A stretch of 20,000 bases of DNA from an uncultured virus (IMG/VR IMGVR_UViG_3300010938_000024) (lineage: Duplodnaviria; Heunggongvirae; Uroviricota; Caudoviricetes). Location of the stretch: the IMG/VR virus record IMGVR_UViG_3300010938_000024, one strand, 5' to 3'. Both the position numbers and the translations under genes were made by a program. Below the pieces are notes generated by a model. The model made no database searches and was not told the DNA's origin. It worked only from the letters and a program-made list of their open reading frames with translations. This document shows, one piece after another, positions 1-9,400 of this stretch (position 1 is its first letter; every line of letters begins with the position of its first letter).

Positions 1-837
1 AGAATCTCTCTTTTCTTCTACTATATGAACCAAAGGAATAATATCATATACAGGATCTAAAATATCAAAATATAAAGATAATAATTTAACATCAAATTTA
101 GCATTATGACATATTTTAATTTTAGAACTACTAAATAAAGGCTTTAATATCTTTAAATCTACTAAATCAAAATTGAAAAAATAAACATCCTCTGTATTGT
201 CTATTGCTATAGCAAGACTTCTAATTTTATTATTTTTAGAAATCTCAAGAGAAGATGTTTCTATATCAAATACAAATTTTTCCGCATTTGATATTTTAGA
301 TAAACAATCAGACATATTATTATTCGTTACTATTACAGGATTTATATTATATTTTATACCTCCAGAAAGATTTCTTCTAAAATCACACCTTATATGATGT
401 ATTAAATCCTTCTTTGTATTTTTTATAATCTCTTTATATCCATATGTCGCTTGAATAGACATTCCGTTGCTTAATATTGGACTTAATCTGGATTTTGCAA
501 TCTTTCTGGAAAACCCAAAAGCTTCCCCGGCTAAAGCTCCACAAATAAATATTTTAACAGGTCTTACTTCTTTTATTTCTGCAAACAAACAATTTTTACA
601 ATTTTCTAATATTTGTTTATTTAATTTCTCCTTAATATCACACTTATATAAACTTGTTACATAGGCTAATTCTATATCTTTTACTATATTCTCCTGTTTT
701 AATAATTTACTATATCTATCTACTTCTTTATAATTATCCACTACAATCATAACAAGACTGGGTATCTGACCTTTACCTTTTTCAGGTTTATATTTACAAG
801 TTTTAATTAGTTCTTGATTATAATTTAAGTTTTCCAT
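1..837 (-). CDS. Phage DNA polymerase (probably family A, SPO1-like): N-terminal UDG-like domain plus 3'-5' exonuclease; 3'-truncated by the window edge
   Basis: Not in the ORF track. Manual translation from the ATG at 837 is open to position 1: MENLNYNQELIKTCKYKPEKGKGQIPSLVMIVVDN...YVTSLYKC...CKNCLFAEIKEVRPVKIFICGALA (UDG family-4-like), then FVFDIETSSL (ExoI) and KICHNAKFDVK (ExoII). It lies downstream of helicase and primase. The polymerase domain itself is outside the window. Confidence 0.85.
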   Translation of the reverse strand, partial: MENLNYNQELIKTCKYKPEKGKGQIPSLVMIVVDNYKEVDRYSKLLKQENIVKDIELAYVTSLYKCDIKEKLNKQILENCKNCLFAEIKEVRPVKIFICGALAGEAFGFSRKIAKSRLSPILSNGMSIQATYGYKEIIKNTKKDLIHHIRCDFRRNLSGGIKYNINPVIVTNNNMSDCLSKISNAEKFVFDIETSSLEISKNNKIRSLAIAIDNTEDVYFFNFDLVDLKILKPLFSSSKIKICHNAKFDVKLLSLYFDILDPVYDIIPLVHIVEEKRDS

Positions 838-1219
838 CTTTTATCAAAGTTCCTTCTTTTAACAAAGTAAGTGATATTTTTATAGCTTCATCAGGTATCT
901 TTGAATAAGGATATAATATCAAAGAAGCCGCAGTCTCTATATCTAAATCCTCTAATCCAATACTAGATAATACTTTTTTATTAAATACAAACAAATCCTC
1001 TAATTCTCCTCCATTTGTTCTACATAATCTCCCTTTTGATAGAAATATATATCCTAAATTACCATCAGGCTTATAAATATAAGGTGCTATTACAAAAACT
1101 GAATACTTAGAAAATTCAGTTTTTGTTTTGATTATTTTATATAAGGCTAACTCACACAAAAGTATAGCTTCTTGGAATTTTAGCCTTATATACTTTTTTA
1201 TTAAACTTTTGGGATCCAT
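818..1219 (-). CDS. Hypothetical protein (133 aa) in the replication operon
   Basis: ORF track gives 818..1237; start revised to the ATG at 1219 (MDPKSL) because GGAGG lies at 1231-1235. Overlaps the polymerase start by 20 nt. Confidence 0.7.
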   Translation of the reverse strand: MDPKSLIKKYIRLKFQEAILLCELALYKIIKTKTEFSKYSVFVIAPYIYKPDGNLGYIFLSKGRLCRTNGGELEDLFVFNKKVLSSIGLEDLDIETAASLILYPYSKIPDEAIKISLTLLKEGTLIKDGKLKL

Positions 1220-1346
1220 AAATTCTTTTTCCTCCAATATCTAAAATATAAATTACCAGATTATTAAAAGACCTTTTTTCTTTTTCTGATATTTTTTTTA
1301 GTCTTTTATGTAAATCATCAGGCAACCTTATTGTTGTTTTTACCAT
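1152..1346 (-). CDS. Arc/CopG-family ribbon-helix-helix DNA-binding protein
   Basis: KTTIRLPDDLHKRLKKISEKEKRSFNNLVIYIL matches the Arc pattern (alternating beta ribbon, LP turn, helix, RS.N helix). GAGGT SD upstream. Confidence 0.85.
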   Translation of the reverse strand: MVKTTIRLPDDLHKRLKKISEKEKRSFNNLVIYILDIGGKRIYGSQKFNKKVYKAKIPRSYTFV

Positions 1347-2190
1347 ACATAACCTCTTTTATGTATTTTTTTAATTTATTTACATTCTCTTCTATACAAA
1401 AAAATTCATCAGGGTCTCTGGAAATAGAAACTGTTTTAACAATAAATTCCTTCTTTAAATTTGATTTAAATTCAATAGCTCCATCCTTCCCAGCTTTATC
1501 ATTATCAAAAATAATAAACACAAATCTAGGAGCCATTTTATAAAGACTAAATAATTTTTCTTTTGAAAATCTAGTAGAAAAACAAGCACTTGCTGGAAAC
1601 CCACAATCTATCAATTTTAATGCATCAAATAATCCTTCTACTAGAATTATATAATCTAACTTGTCAAAATTAGGATATATATATCTTGAAAAATGAGAAT
1701 TGTTCACTGTTTTTTCAGAAGGCAAGTGCAACCACTTAGGAGAACCACTAAATTTTCTAATAGAATATCCTACACAATTTTTACCAAAATAATTATAAAA
1801 ATAAATTGGAATAATATATCCTAACTCATTTTTTCTAACATCAAACTTCTTCAAAGTCTTTAAACTGATATTTCTTATAACAGATTTCACTGGTTTATTC
1901 TCTGGCAATTCTACATTTTTTAATCCCTCTGTATATAAAACAATAGGTTCAAAATATAATTTTCTTCCTAAATCAGCTTTTAATCCTTTGTATTTTAATT
2001 TAAATAAATCAGTTATTTCTCCATATTTTTTACACCCAAAACAATAAAAACGCCCATTAGGATACAAAGTCAAAGAAGGAACTGTATCTATATGATCTGG
2101 AAAAATACATTTTATTCTTATAATATCTCCTATTTTTTTATAACTCAATCCTTTGTTTTTAATATTATTTTCTATTATATTAATATCCAT
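1318..2190 (-). CDS. dnaG: DnaG-type phage DNA primase (CHC2 zinc finger plus TOPRIM)
   Basis: CIFPDHIDTVPS...FYCFGC zinc-binding domain; TOPRIM motifs LVEGLFDALK and FDNDKAG; C-terminal DPDE; adjacent to the helicase. Confidence 0.92.
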   Translation of the reverse strand: MDINIIENNIKNKGLSYKKIGDIIRIKCIFPDHIDTVPSLTLYPNGRFYCFGCKKYGEITDLFKLKYKGLKADLGRKLYFEPIVLYTEGLKNVELPENKPVKSVIRNISLKTLKKFDVRKNELGYIIPIYFYNYFGKNCVGYSIRKFSGSPKWLHLPSEKTVNNSHFSRYIYPNFDKLDYIILVEGLFDALKLIDCGFPASACFSTRFSKEKLFSLYKMAPRFVFIIFDNDKAGKDGAIEFKSNLKKEFIVKTVSISRDPDEFFCIEENVNKLKKYIKEVMYGKNNNKVA

Positions 2191-2192
2191 TT

Positions 2193-3731
2193 TTAGTCCA
2201 ATAGACTTTTTGTATTTGATATATATTCATCTTCATCTATCTTTTTAATCTCCTTTTTTGTTTCTACTTTCTCCTCTGATACTAAAATAGGATTTACAAT
2301 ATCACACTTCATAAATTTTAATATATTAATTAGTTGCAAATTACCTTTTTTTATATCCCGTATGTTTCTGGCTTTTATAGTATAAAAATCATATACATTG
2401 CATATCTCTTCCTCTATTCTTTTATTTTTTTCTATATCCTCATATTTAAATTTTAATTCATCTTTATTCTTTTTAGAAGTTGTATCACTATAATTAACTA
2501 CTTCTACCCGCTTAGTAGAATTTTCTGATGGCTCCCATGTAAATACAGTATCTGCTGTTTCTGAAATAGCTCTGGAATATTTAACATCTTTTTCTTTAGT
2601 TTCATACTGAGCTAAAACAACTATTGGCATTTTATATGTTTTTGCTATATATTTTAAATCTAATGCTACATTCATTAAATTCTGCCACATAGGAGTTCCA
2701 TTATCCCCATATTTTATAAAATTGATATAATCTATAAATAAAATATCACACATCTTTTTTGAAACTAATTCTTTTATTTTTAAACTAATATCCGCAGTCG
2801 TTGGCTTATAATCAAGAGAACAACAACTATAAGATGATTTTTTTAAATCATTTCTAAAATTATTCTTTACCTTCTGTATAAAATGCTCTAAACCTAACAA
2901 ACATAATTCATTTTTATTCTCTTCATGCCAAAGAAGAGCAGAAGTTCCATCTACACAAACTTCTTGTATGTATCTTCTCTGTATTAAAAATCTATCTCTA
3001 ATACTCAAATTCCCAGACCTGATTTTTTCATAAGGAATTCCAGATATTAGAGATAAATACCTCGCTAACCACTCTTTTTTACTCATTTCTAAATTTAAAT
3101 ATACAGGATTATGCCCTAATAAAAACATATTCCTACCTAAATTTAAAGCTAATGCACTTTTACCAGTTCCTCTTTTTGCAGAAATAACAATTAATTCTTC
3201 TTCAAAAAAACCATTTATTAAATAATCTAAATGTTCGTATCCAGTCGGTATAAAATTTCCAAATTTGGGATCCTCAAAAGGAGTTAAATTCTGAGAACCT
3301 ATAACTACAGTTCCATCAATAGAATTAGATAAATTATTCACTATATCAAATAAATATTTTTTTGTTTTAGATATATTGTTTTCTTTAATACATTGATTTA
3401 TTTCATTTATAGACGGAATTATAATCCTTAATTCGCTGATTTCTTTTAATTTAGAAATAATTAATTCAAACTCATCCTGAGAAGTTTTTACTGAAGATAT
3501 TCCTTCTATAATTGATTCTATTTCTTCTTTTTTAAACTCAGAAACTAAATCTAAAGATAACGCTTTTAATCCCTCTAAATTAACAACATGATTTGTTTTA
3601 ATATAATTCTTTCTAATTAAATCATATAAAGATTTGGTAATCTGATTGCTGAAAAATACAGATTGAAGCTTCCTAAAATTATTCTCATTCCCTAATGACA
3701 GGTTTAAAGCTGCAAATTCTAAACTTATCAT
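2193..3731 (-). CDS. dnaB: DnaB-family replicative helicase
   Basis: IPTGYEHLDYLINGF, Walker A AKRGTGKS, NLEMS, Walker B FIDYIN, LAQ, YSRAISETAD, KAR arginine finger. AGGAGG SD. Confidence 0.93.
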   Translation of the reverse strand: MISLEFAALNLSLGNENNFRKLQSVFFSNQITKSLYDLIRKNYIKTNHVVNLEGLKALSLDLVSEFKKEEIESIIEGISSVKTSQDEFELIISKLKEISELRIIIPSINEINQCIKENNISKTKKYLFDIVNNLSNSIDGTVVIGSQNLTPFEDPKFGNFIPTGYEHLDYLINGFFEEELIVISAKRGTGKSALALNLGRNMFLLGHNPVYLNLEMSKKEWLARYLSLISGIPYEKIRSGNLSIRDRFLIQRRYIQEVCVDGTSALLWHEENKNELCLLGLEHFIQKVKNNFRNDLKKSSYSCCSLDYKPTTADISLKIKELVSKKMCDILFIDYINFIKYGDNGTPMWQNLMNVALDLKYIAKTYKMPIVVLAQYETKEKDVKYSRAISETADTVFTWEPSENSTKRVEVVNYSDTTSKKNKDELKFKYEDIEKNKRIEEEICNVYDFYTIKARNIRDIKKGNLQLINILKFMKCDIVNPILVSEEKVETKKEIKKIDEDEYISNTKSLLD

Positions 3732-3754
3732 TTAAATCCTCCTTCTTTTCTGTT

Positions 3755-3771
3755 AGTGGCATTATGCCACT
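3755..3771. promoter_or_regulatory. Perfect 8-1-8 palindrome over the -10 box (candidate operator)
   Basis: AGTGGCAT-T-ATGCCACT. A 1-nt centre and GC-rich arms in AT-rich DNA fit a dyad binding site better than an RNA hairpin. Confidence 0.55.
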
Positions 3772-3789
3772 TTCTGAAAACTATGTCAA
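3761..3789 (-). promoter_or_regulatory. Sigma70-type promoter for the replication operon
   Basis: Minus strand TTGACA (3789-3784), 17 bp, CATAAT (3766-3761) with a TGn extension, followed by the AGGAGG SD of the helicase. Confidence 0.75.
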
Positions 3790-3830
3790 GTAGAAATTAC
3801 TTTAAGTATTAATTTTTAATAAATATATTG

Positions 3831-4379
3831 TCATTGCAATATATTTCCATCTGTAAAAACAATTTCTTTTTTAAATTCTTTATTTAATACAAATCTATAT
3901 ACATCCTCTGGAGAAATTAATTGCAAACTTTTATTTTCTATTATGTCTTTATATCCTAAATCTATTAAATAATCTGATACAGATTCACTACATATAATCC
4001 CATATCCAAATATATTACTTTTCCTTTTAATTCCAAACCACTTTCTTAATAAAATAACAATTGCAAATCCTATTAATTGCAAATAACCATATACAGTTCC
4101 ACACTTTAATAATAAGTTGTTTAAAGCCTGCTTTTTATTTTTTAAATTTTTAGGCTTATATATTTCAACAGTAACTCCTTCTTTTATATATTTATTAAAA
4201 GGAACAATTGTTAATTCAAAATCTCCTGCTTCAATAACAAGACTATTTAAATAATCTCCTTCAATCCATTTATATATTACAAATGTATGAGACCACTGAC
4301 TCTTGGTGAACCATCTAATTATTTTACTTATAAAACTTCCTTTTATTGCACTAAAACCAATACATCCTTCTAAATTCAT
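3831..4379 (-). CDS. Permuted papain-like amidase (YiiX/YebB, NlpC/P92 family)
   Basis: FISKIIRWFTKSQWSHT (catalytic His first), G..Y, ICSE (catalytic Cys later), ISP.D, which is the permuted NlpC/P60 order. AAGGAGGT SD. Confidence 0.85.
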   Translation of the reverse strand: MNLEGCIGFSAIKGSFISKIIRWFTKSQWSHTFVIYKWIEGDYLNSLVIEAGDFELTIVPFNKYIKEGVTVEIYKPKNLKNKKQALNNLLLKCGTVYGYLQLIGFAIVILLRKWFGIKRKSNIFGYGIICSESVSDYLIDLGYKDIIENKSLQLISPEDVYRFVLNKEFKKEIVFTDGNILQ

Positions 4380-4549
4380 TTTTTTACCTCCTTCAAATAA
4401 TTAAATGTTATCTCATTTATAGGTTTATTTGATTTTATTTTTTTTATATTTGCTTCTTCCTCTACACCTTTAATAAATCCATTCTCATCTTTTATCCCTT
4501 TTTCTATTGCATTATTTGATATAACTGATACTATTACTTTTTCAGACAT
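4376..4549 (-). CDS. Small hypothetical protein (57 aa)
   Basis: Not in the track. MSEKVIVSVISNNAIEKGIKDENGFIKGVEEEANIKKIKSNKPINEITFNYLKEVKK fills the gap exactly, has an AGGA SD and an ATGA overlap with the next gene. Confidence 0.7.
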   Translation of the reverse strand: MSEKVIVSVISNNAIEKGIKDENGFIKGVEEEANIKKIKSNKPINEITFNYLKEVKK

Positions 4550-4552
4550 GAC

Positions 4553-5194
4553 TTATCCTATATTTGTAACCCACCATAAAGCACCTTTAAAATTAATATC
4601 AACAGTTCCATAAGATTTATATCCTATTCTATAATAAAGTCCAGGCATAAGCAACTCTGCACTTTCACTAATAAATTGAAATTCTGGATATTCTTTTACT
4701 TGCCATTTTTTAACAAATTTGGATAATTCAAACATAGAACCATATCCAAGAATGTTATCTTTATCTATAATAGAAAATTCTAAATAATCATCATCATGTA
4801 CATCATTTACATTTTTTATTTTATAAAACCCTCCTCTTAAATATGCCATTTCTGAAATTAAAATATCAAAAAAATTCTCCAATCCTGCTACTGCAGTAAA
4901 TTTCAATATTGTTCCATTTGAAGCTCCTGTCCATAAAGAATTTCCTCCAAAATATGTAAATGTAGGAACATTTATTTTATATCCTGTAGTATCAAATTCT
5001 TTAACTATAAATTGCTTAAAATTATTTTCAAAATCTGTAGCTTCATCTCCGGGTTTTATTATCTCACAACTAAAAACCATATTCCCTATATCTATCCACA
5101 AAAGATAAAAAGAATCAAAATCGGCAAATCTAATAGCCCTTTCTCCTTTAAATTGAAGTATTAAAACCTTAAATTGTTCCCAAGTCAGCTTCAT
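4553..5194 (-). CDS. Hypothetical tail-region protein (213 aa)
   Basis: ATGA-coupled to the upstream gene, AGGAG SD, beta-rich C-terminal half, located in the tail block. Confidence 0.6.
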   Translation of the reverse strand: MKLTWEQFKVLILQFKGERAIRFADFDSFYLLWIDIGNMVFSCEIIKPGDEATDFENNFKQFIVKEFDTTGYKINVPTFTYFGGNSLWTGASNGTILKFTAVAGLENFFDILISEMAYLRGGFYKIKNVNDVHDDDYLEFSIIDKDNILGYGSMFELSKFVKKWQVKEYPEFQFISESAELLMPGLYYRIGYKSYGTVDINFKGALWWVTNIG

Positions 5195-6441
5195 TCTCCT
5201 AAAAACTCAATAGTTAAATTATTTAACTTAGATTTTTTATTGAAATAAAAACCTATATCTTGCTCTCTTCTAATACTAAAAGAAACATCAATCTCTATAA
5301 TGTCTTTTATAGATTTATCCAACTGCTTATTATAAATATTAAAAACTTCTATTCCATCCGCCATAATATTTATTTTAATCCAATCTCCATTAAATTCTTC
5401 ATCTGGTATAATCCTAATTTTATTAATATTAACTTGCTCTGGAATTTGATACATTTCATAAAATATATCTTTACTTGGATCAAAAGGAACAAAATTTATA
5501 CCATCCGAACTAGACCATAAAGATTGAATTCCAAATCTAGAATTTCCTCCATGTAAGTAACATTTAAAATTTCCAACTAAATTTTTAAATCTTAATCCAA
5601 AATTATTTATATTCAATAAATTGTCTGTAAAAATAGTATAAATATCAGGATAATTTTTAATATAAAATGTCTTTTTATATGAGCTAAATTCTACTATATT
5701 CGCAGGAAGTCCTTCTATAATATCTACACTTATAGGAACAACATCTACAGTTCCCATAACTCCTTCTAATAATATATTATCTATATAGACAATATTATTT
5801 GAATCACCTGTATTTTTACAATAAAATTCTACTTTTATTACATTATTCCACTGAAAGTTTCCTTGACCAGTAATAGTCGCAGTACTAAATAAAAATTTCT
5901 TATTTACATAAGTTCCAAGTTCCTTTTCCTCTATATTAATATTCCATTCTGCCCACCTAGATCCATCACTAATCCTAAAACTAAACAACATATTTTTATC
6001 AATCTGCTTCCATACTAAATTTATTGCACTATAAACACTCCAATCTCTAGGAGTAAAAAAAGTATTTCTAACATATCCATTTTGAGCAGTAGAATATATT
6101 GCTGTTATTCCCATTACTTTATTATTATCCTCTACTATTAATTCCGGAATTATTTTTGATAAAGATGAACTAACCCATACTGATCTCAAAGCATTTGTAT
6201 TTAAATAACTCTCAAAATTATCTATTATTTCAGAAGTATTAGATTCTCCTGACATAATTAAATTTATACAATCTATCCAATTACAAATTCCTAAATATTT
6301 AATTATATCTTTTGTAGTATTATCTAAACTAATCACCAGATAATCTGCCAATTCAAAATTATTAAATAAAATAGGATGCAATTTGAACTTAAAAAAATTC
6401 ATTCCATAAGAAACCTGTGCTTTTTGAGTAGAAAATATCAT
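5191..6441 (-). CDS. Tail-associated protein with a carbohydrate-binding (CBM11/galactose-binding-like) jelly-roll domain
   Basis: RDWSVYSAINLVWK...FSFRISDG...FQWNNVIKVEF...VYIDNILL is typical of CBM11/CIA30-like folds. ATGA-coupled to the 1240-aa gene. Confidence 0.55.
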   Translation of the reverse strand: MIFSTQKAQVSYGMNFFKFKLHPILFNNFELADYLVISLDNTTKDIIKYLGICNWIDCINLIMSGESNTSEIIDNFESYLNTNALRSVWVSSSLSKIIPELIVEDNNKVMGITAIYSTAQNGYVRNTFFTPRDWSVYSAINLVWKQIDKNMLFSFRISDGSRWAEWNINIEEKELGTYVNKKFLFSTATITGQGNFQWNNVIKVEFYCKNTGDSNNIVYIDNILLEGVMGTVDVVPISVDIIEGLPANIVEFSSYKKTFYIKNYPDIYTIFTDNLLNINNFGLRFKNLVGNFKCYLHGGNSRFGIQSLWSSSDGINFVPFDPSKDIFYEMYQIPEQVNINKIRIIPDEEFNGDWIKINIMADGIEVFNIYNKQLDKSIKDIIEIDVSFSIRREQDIGFYFNKKSKLNNLTIEFLGE

Positions 6442-9400
6442 AATATATTAAAACCTACTAAACTATTATAAGGATTTGTAAGATTAGAAACAGCATTAGC
6501 TAATTCAAATCTATTTCCCATAATAAAAGTATAATATTGCGGATTCACATAAACACCATAATTTAGATTACTAGGATTAACAGTTACTAAGCAATTGTTA
6601 TTAATTACTTTATTATAATAAGGAGTGTTAGATCCATCACCTATTCTTATATAATTATTAATACCTGCTCCTGCTGTAGCAAAATTATAAGGATAAATTG
6701 TGTTTCCTTCTATAATATTATAATTTCCAGCTGACCCATAAATATAAATTAAAGCTATATCTTTTATACCTACTGCATCTCTAGCTATGAAACAATTCTT
6801 TATAATGTTATATGCCCTGCTAATATGAATAGTATGATTATTATTATAACCACCAGCAAGTGGATTCCAAGTAGCTATATAACTATTTAAAATTCTATTA
6901 TAATTTCCTCCTCCGGGAGGAATAAGGACAGCTGGTCCAGACCTATTAGTGATATAACAATGATCTATAACATTGTAAGATCCTTCAATATCTAATGCAA
7001 AACTTGTATTATCAGCATAAATATAAACATTTTTTAAATAACATAAATTTTTACCATTTTTTATTTTTACATTACCTCCAGTAACTATGTTTTCAAGATG
7101 ACAATAATCATTTAAATAAAGAGTTCCCTGTATTACTGGATAAGAACCTGCAAAAGGAAATCCTATTATTATACATCTTTCATTAAATCCTGGAGTTTCT
7201 GAAGGGCCATCATAAGTAATTCCTCCTCTTAATAAAATAAGACTATACCCATCATTAAAAGCATTTATTAGTCCATTAATTCCTGTATATTGATCTCCAT
7301 AAGCACTATCTCCTACTGTTACAAATCCAGAATTACGATTTATTTTTCTACTTAAAATAGTAAAATCAGCTATATCATTATTTTGAATACTTCCATCTAC
7401 TATTTTACTACTATCTACAGAATTTGGAGCTAATTTTTCCAGTGTAACAGCTGAGTTTGCAATCTCAACTGTAGTAATAGAATTAGGGAAAAGATTAATA
7501 CTGGCAATTCCTGGAGATTCTAAAGTACACTGGTCTAAATTTATACTATTTAAAACTGATACATCTCCTATACTAATACCTTTATTATTTCTAAATACAT
7601 AATTAATAACATTACTTCCATAAAACAATCTAGCAGATAAAACTTCATAAAAATTATTGTTCTCTATTACTGCTAGATTTCCATGATTGTAAAAAGGATA
7701 AGTTGTATTATTAACTAACTTAATATCATTATTGTCAAGAACCATTTTACTAAAAGTTTCAAATACATAACCTGCAGGAGTATCACTATCTAATTTAAAT
7801 TTACTATCTTTTATTGTAATAGTATTAACAGAAACTTTTAAATCCTCTATCTCACTCTTTTCAATATAACAATTTCCATAAATATCAGTAGAATTTCCTA
7901 TTTTTATTTTTCCAAATAATTTACAATTTTTAATAATTAAATTATTACATGGTGGATTTATTATAACACCATTATCTAAAATTCGTTTAACAATTAAATT
8001 GTCTAAAATAACATCTGGAAGAATTGTTAAATTAGTAACAGTTGTATCAATATCTGTCTTAAAAGTATAATCGTCTAATATTTCTATTACTTTTATTTTA
8101 TTAGTACCATCTGTTAAAAGATCATATAATTTCAATTTATATTTAAGTTTAGTAGTAGATTTAAATGTATTAGAAGATATTCTGGTTACTGTAATTCCAG
8201 TACCTCCAAATAAAGAAACTTCTGCTCCTGTCAAATCATGCAAATACAAAGTTCCTTGTATATTTAATTTACTAACTAAACTAATATTTTCATATAAACC
8301 TGATACAATAACAATAGGACTTGTTATTTTAAGTGTAATAGTAGTTGTATCTGTAGGAGAAACATTATCTAATATTTTTTCTACAATCTTATTCAAGTTA
8401 AGAATATTTAAATTATAAACATTTGAACCTGCAGTAAGATTAGTATCACTTTTTACAAACTTCTTTTTTAATACTCTGGGAGTAGTATTTATTCCATTAT
8501 TATAAAAATTCTTTGTAGAATTTTGATAAATTAATCCAAATATATTTAATTTATCATCTTCAGGAAATCTTAGTCCTGTAGGAAATAAACGGGCATATGT
8601 ATTTCCTCCAGAAATTAATGTTACTCCCAATAAACCATGAACTACATCAAGTCTTGAAAGACTTGCTCCTGGATAAGAATTTGTTTCAATTCTTTTTCCA
8701 TCAAATCTAATTATATAATAGTTTGTTCCATCTGTATAACCAAAATAAAGATCCGTTATTAGAACACTGGCAAAAAAAGAACTGACTGTTAAGGGAATAT
8801 CATAATATTTTATTATTTTTTGGGCTTTATAAATTACAATTTGATGTTTGCTAGAAGTATTTCTTAACAAAGCTATTATTTCTCTATCTATAGAATCTTT
8901 CAAAATATAAGCATCTGAAATATTATTGAAACTACTTAAAGAAGTAAAATTATATCCTAAATGATTATAAACATATCTATATAAAATATTATCCGATGTC
9001 AGTAATAATATTTTAGATTTGTTCTTAGTAAGAAAACATTCTGATTCTAATTTTGTTACATTAGACAAATTAGTGTTTGTATATTTAACTTGATAAATTA
9101 TATTAGAAGGAGATGTGGTATCCATTAAAATACAATACAAAGGATAATTTGTAGTATTAAAATAAACATATATCTCAAATAAATAATCTTTTCTTTGTTT
9201 AATATTAACTAAAGTTGCTGGCAAAGGAAGAGATAAAATTGAAGTAAGATTTTTTAATGCTATTAAATTTAAATTAGTATCATAAATTGCAAGATAAACC
9301 ATTCCTCCTGATATATAAATAAAAATCAATTGATCATCTTTTTTTGCTACATCATAATTAGTAACTGAACTTCCTACTCCAATTATTGTAGGTGTATCTG

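Noticed and set aside
197..664. Plus-strand ORFs 197..397 and 467..664
   Set aside because: Antisense shadows of the minus-strand polymerase ORF, with no SD or recognisable motifs.
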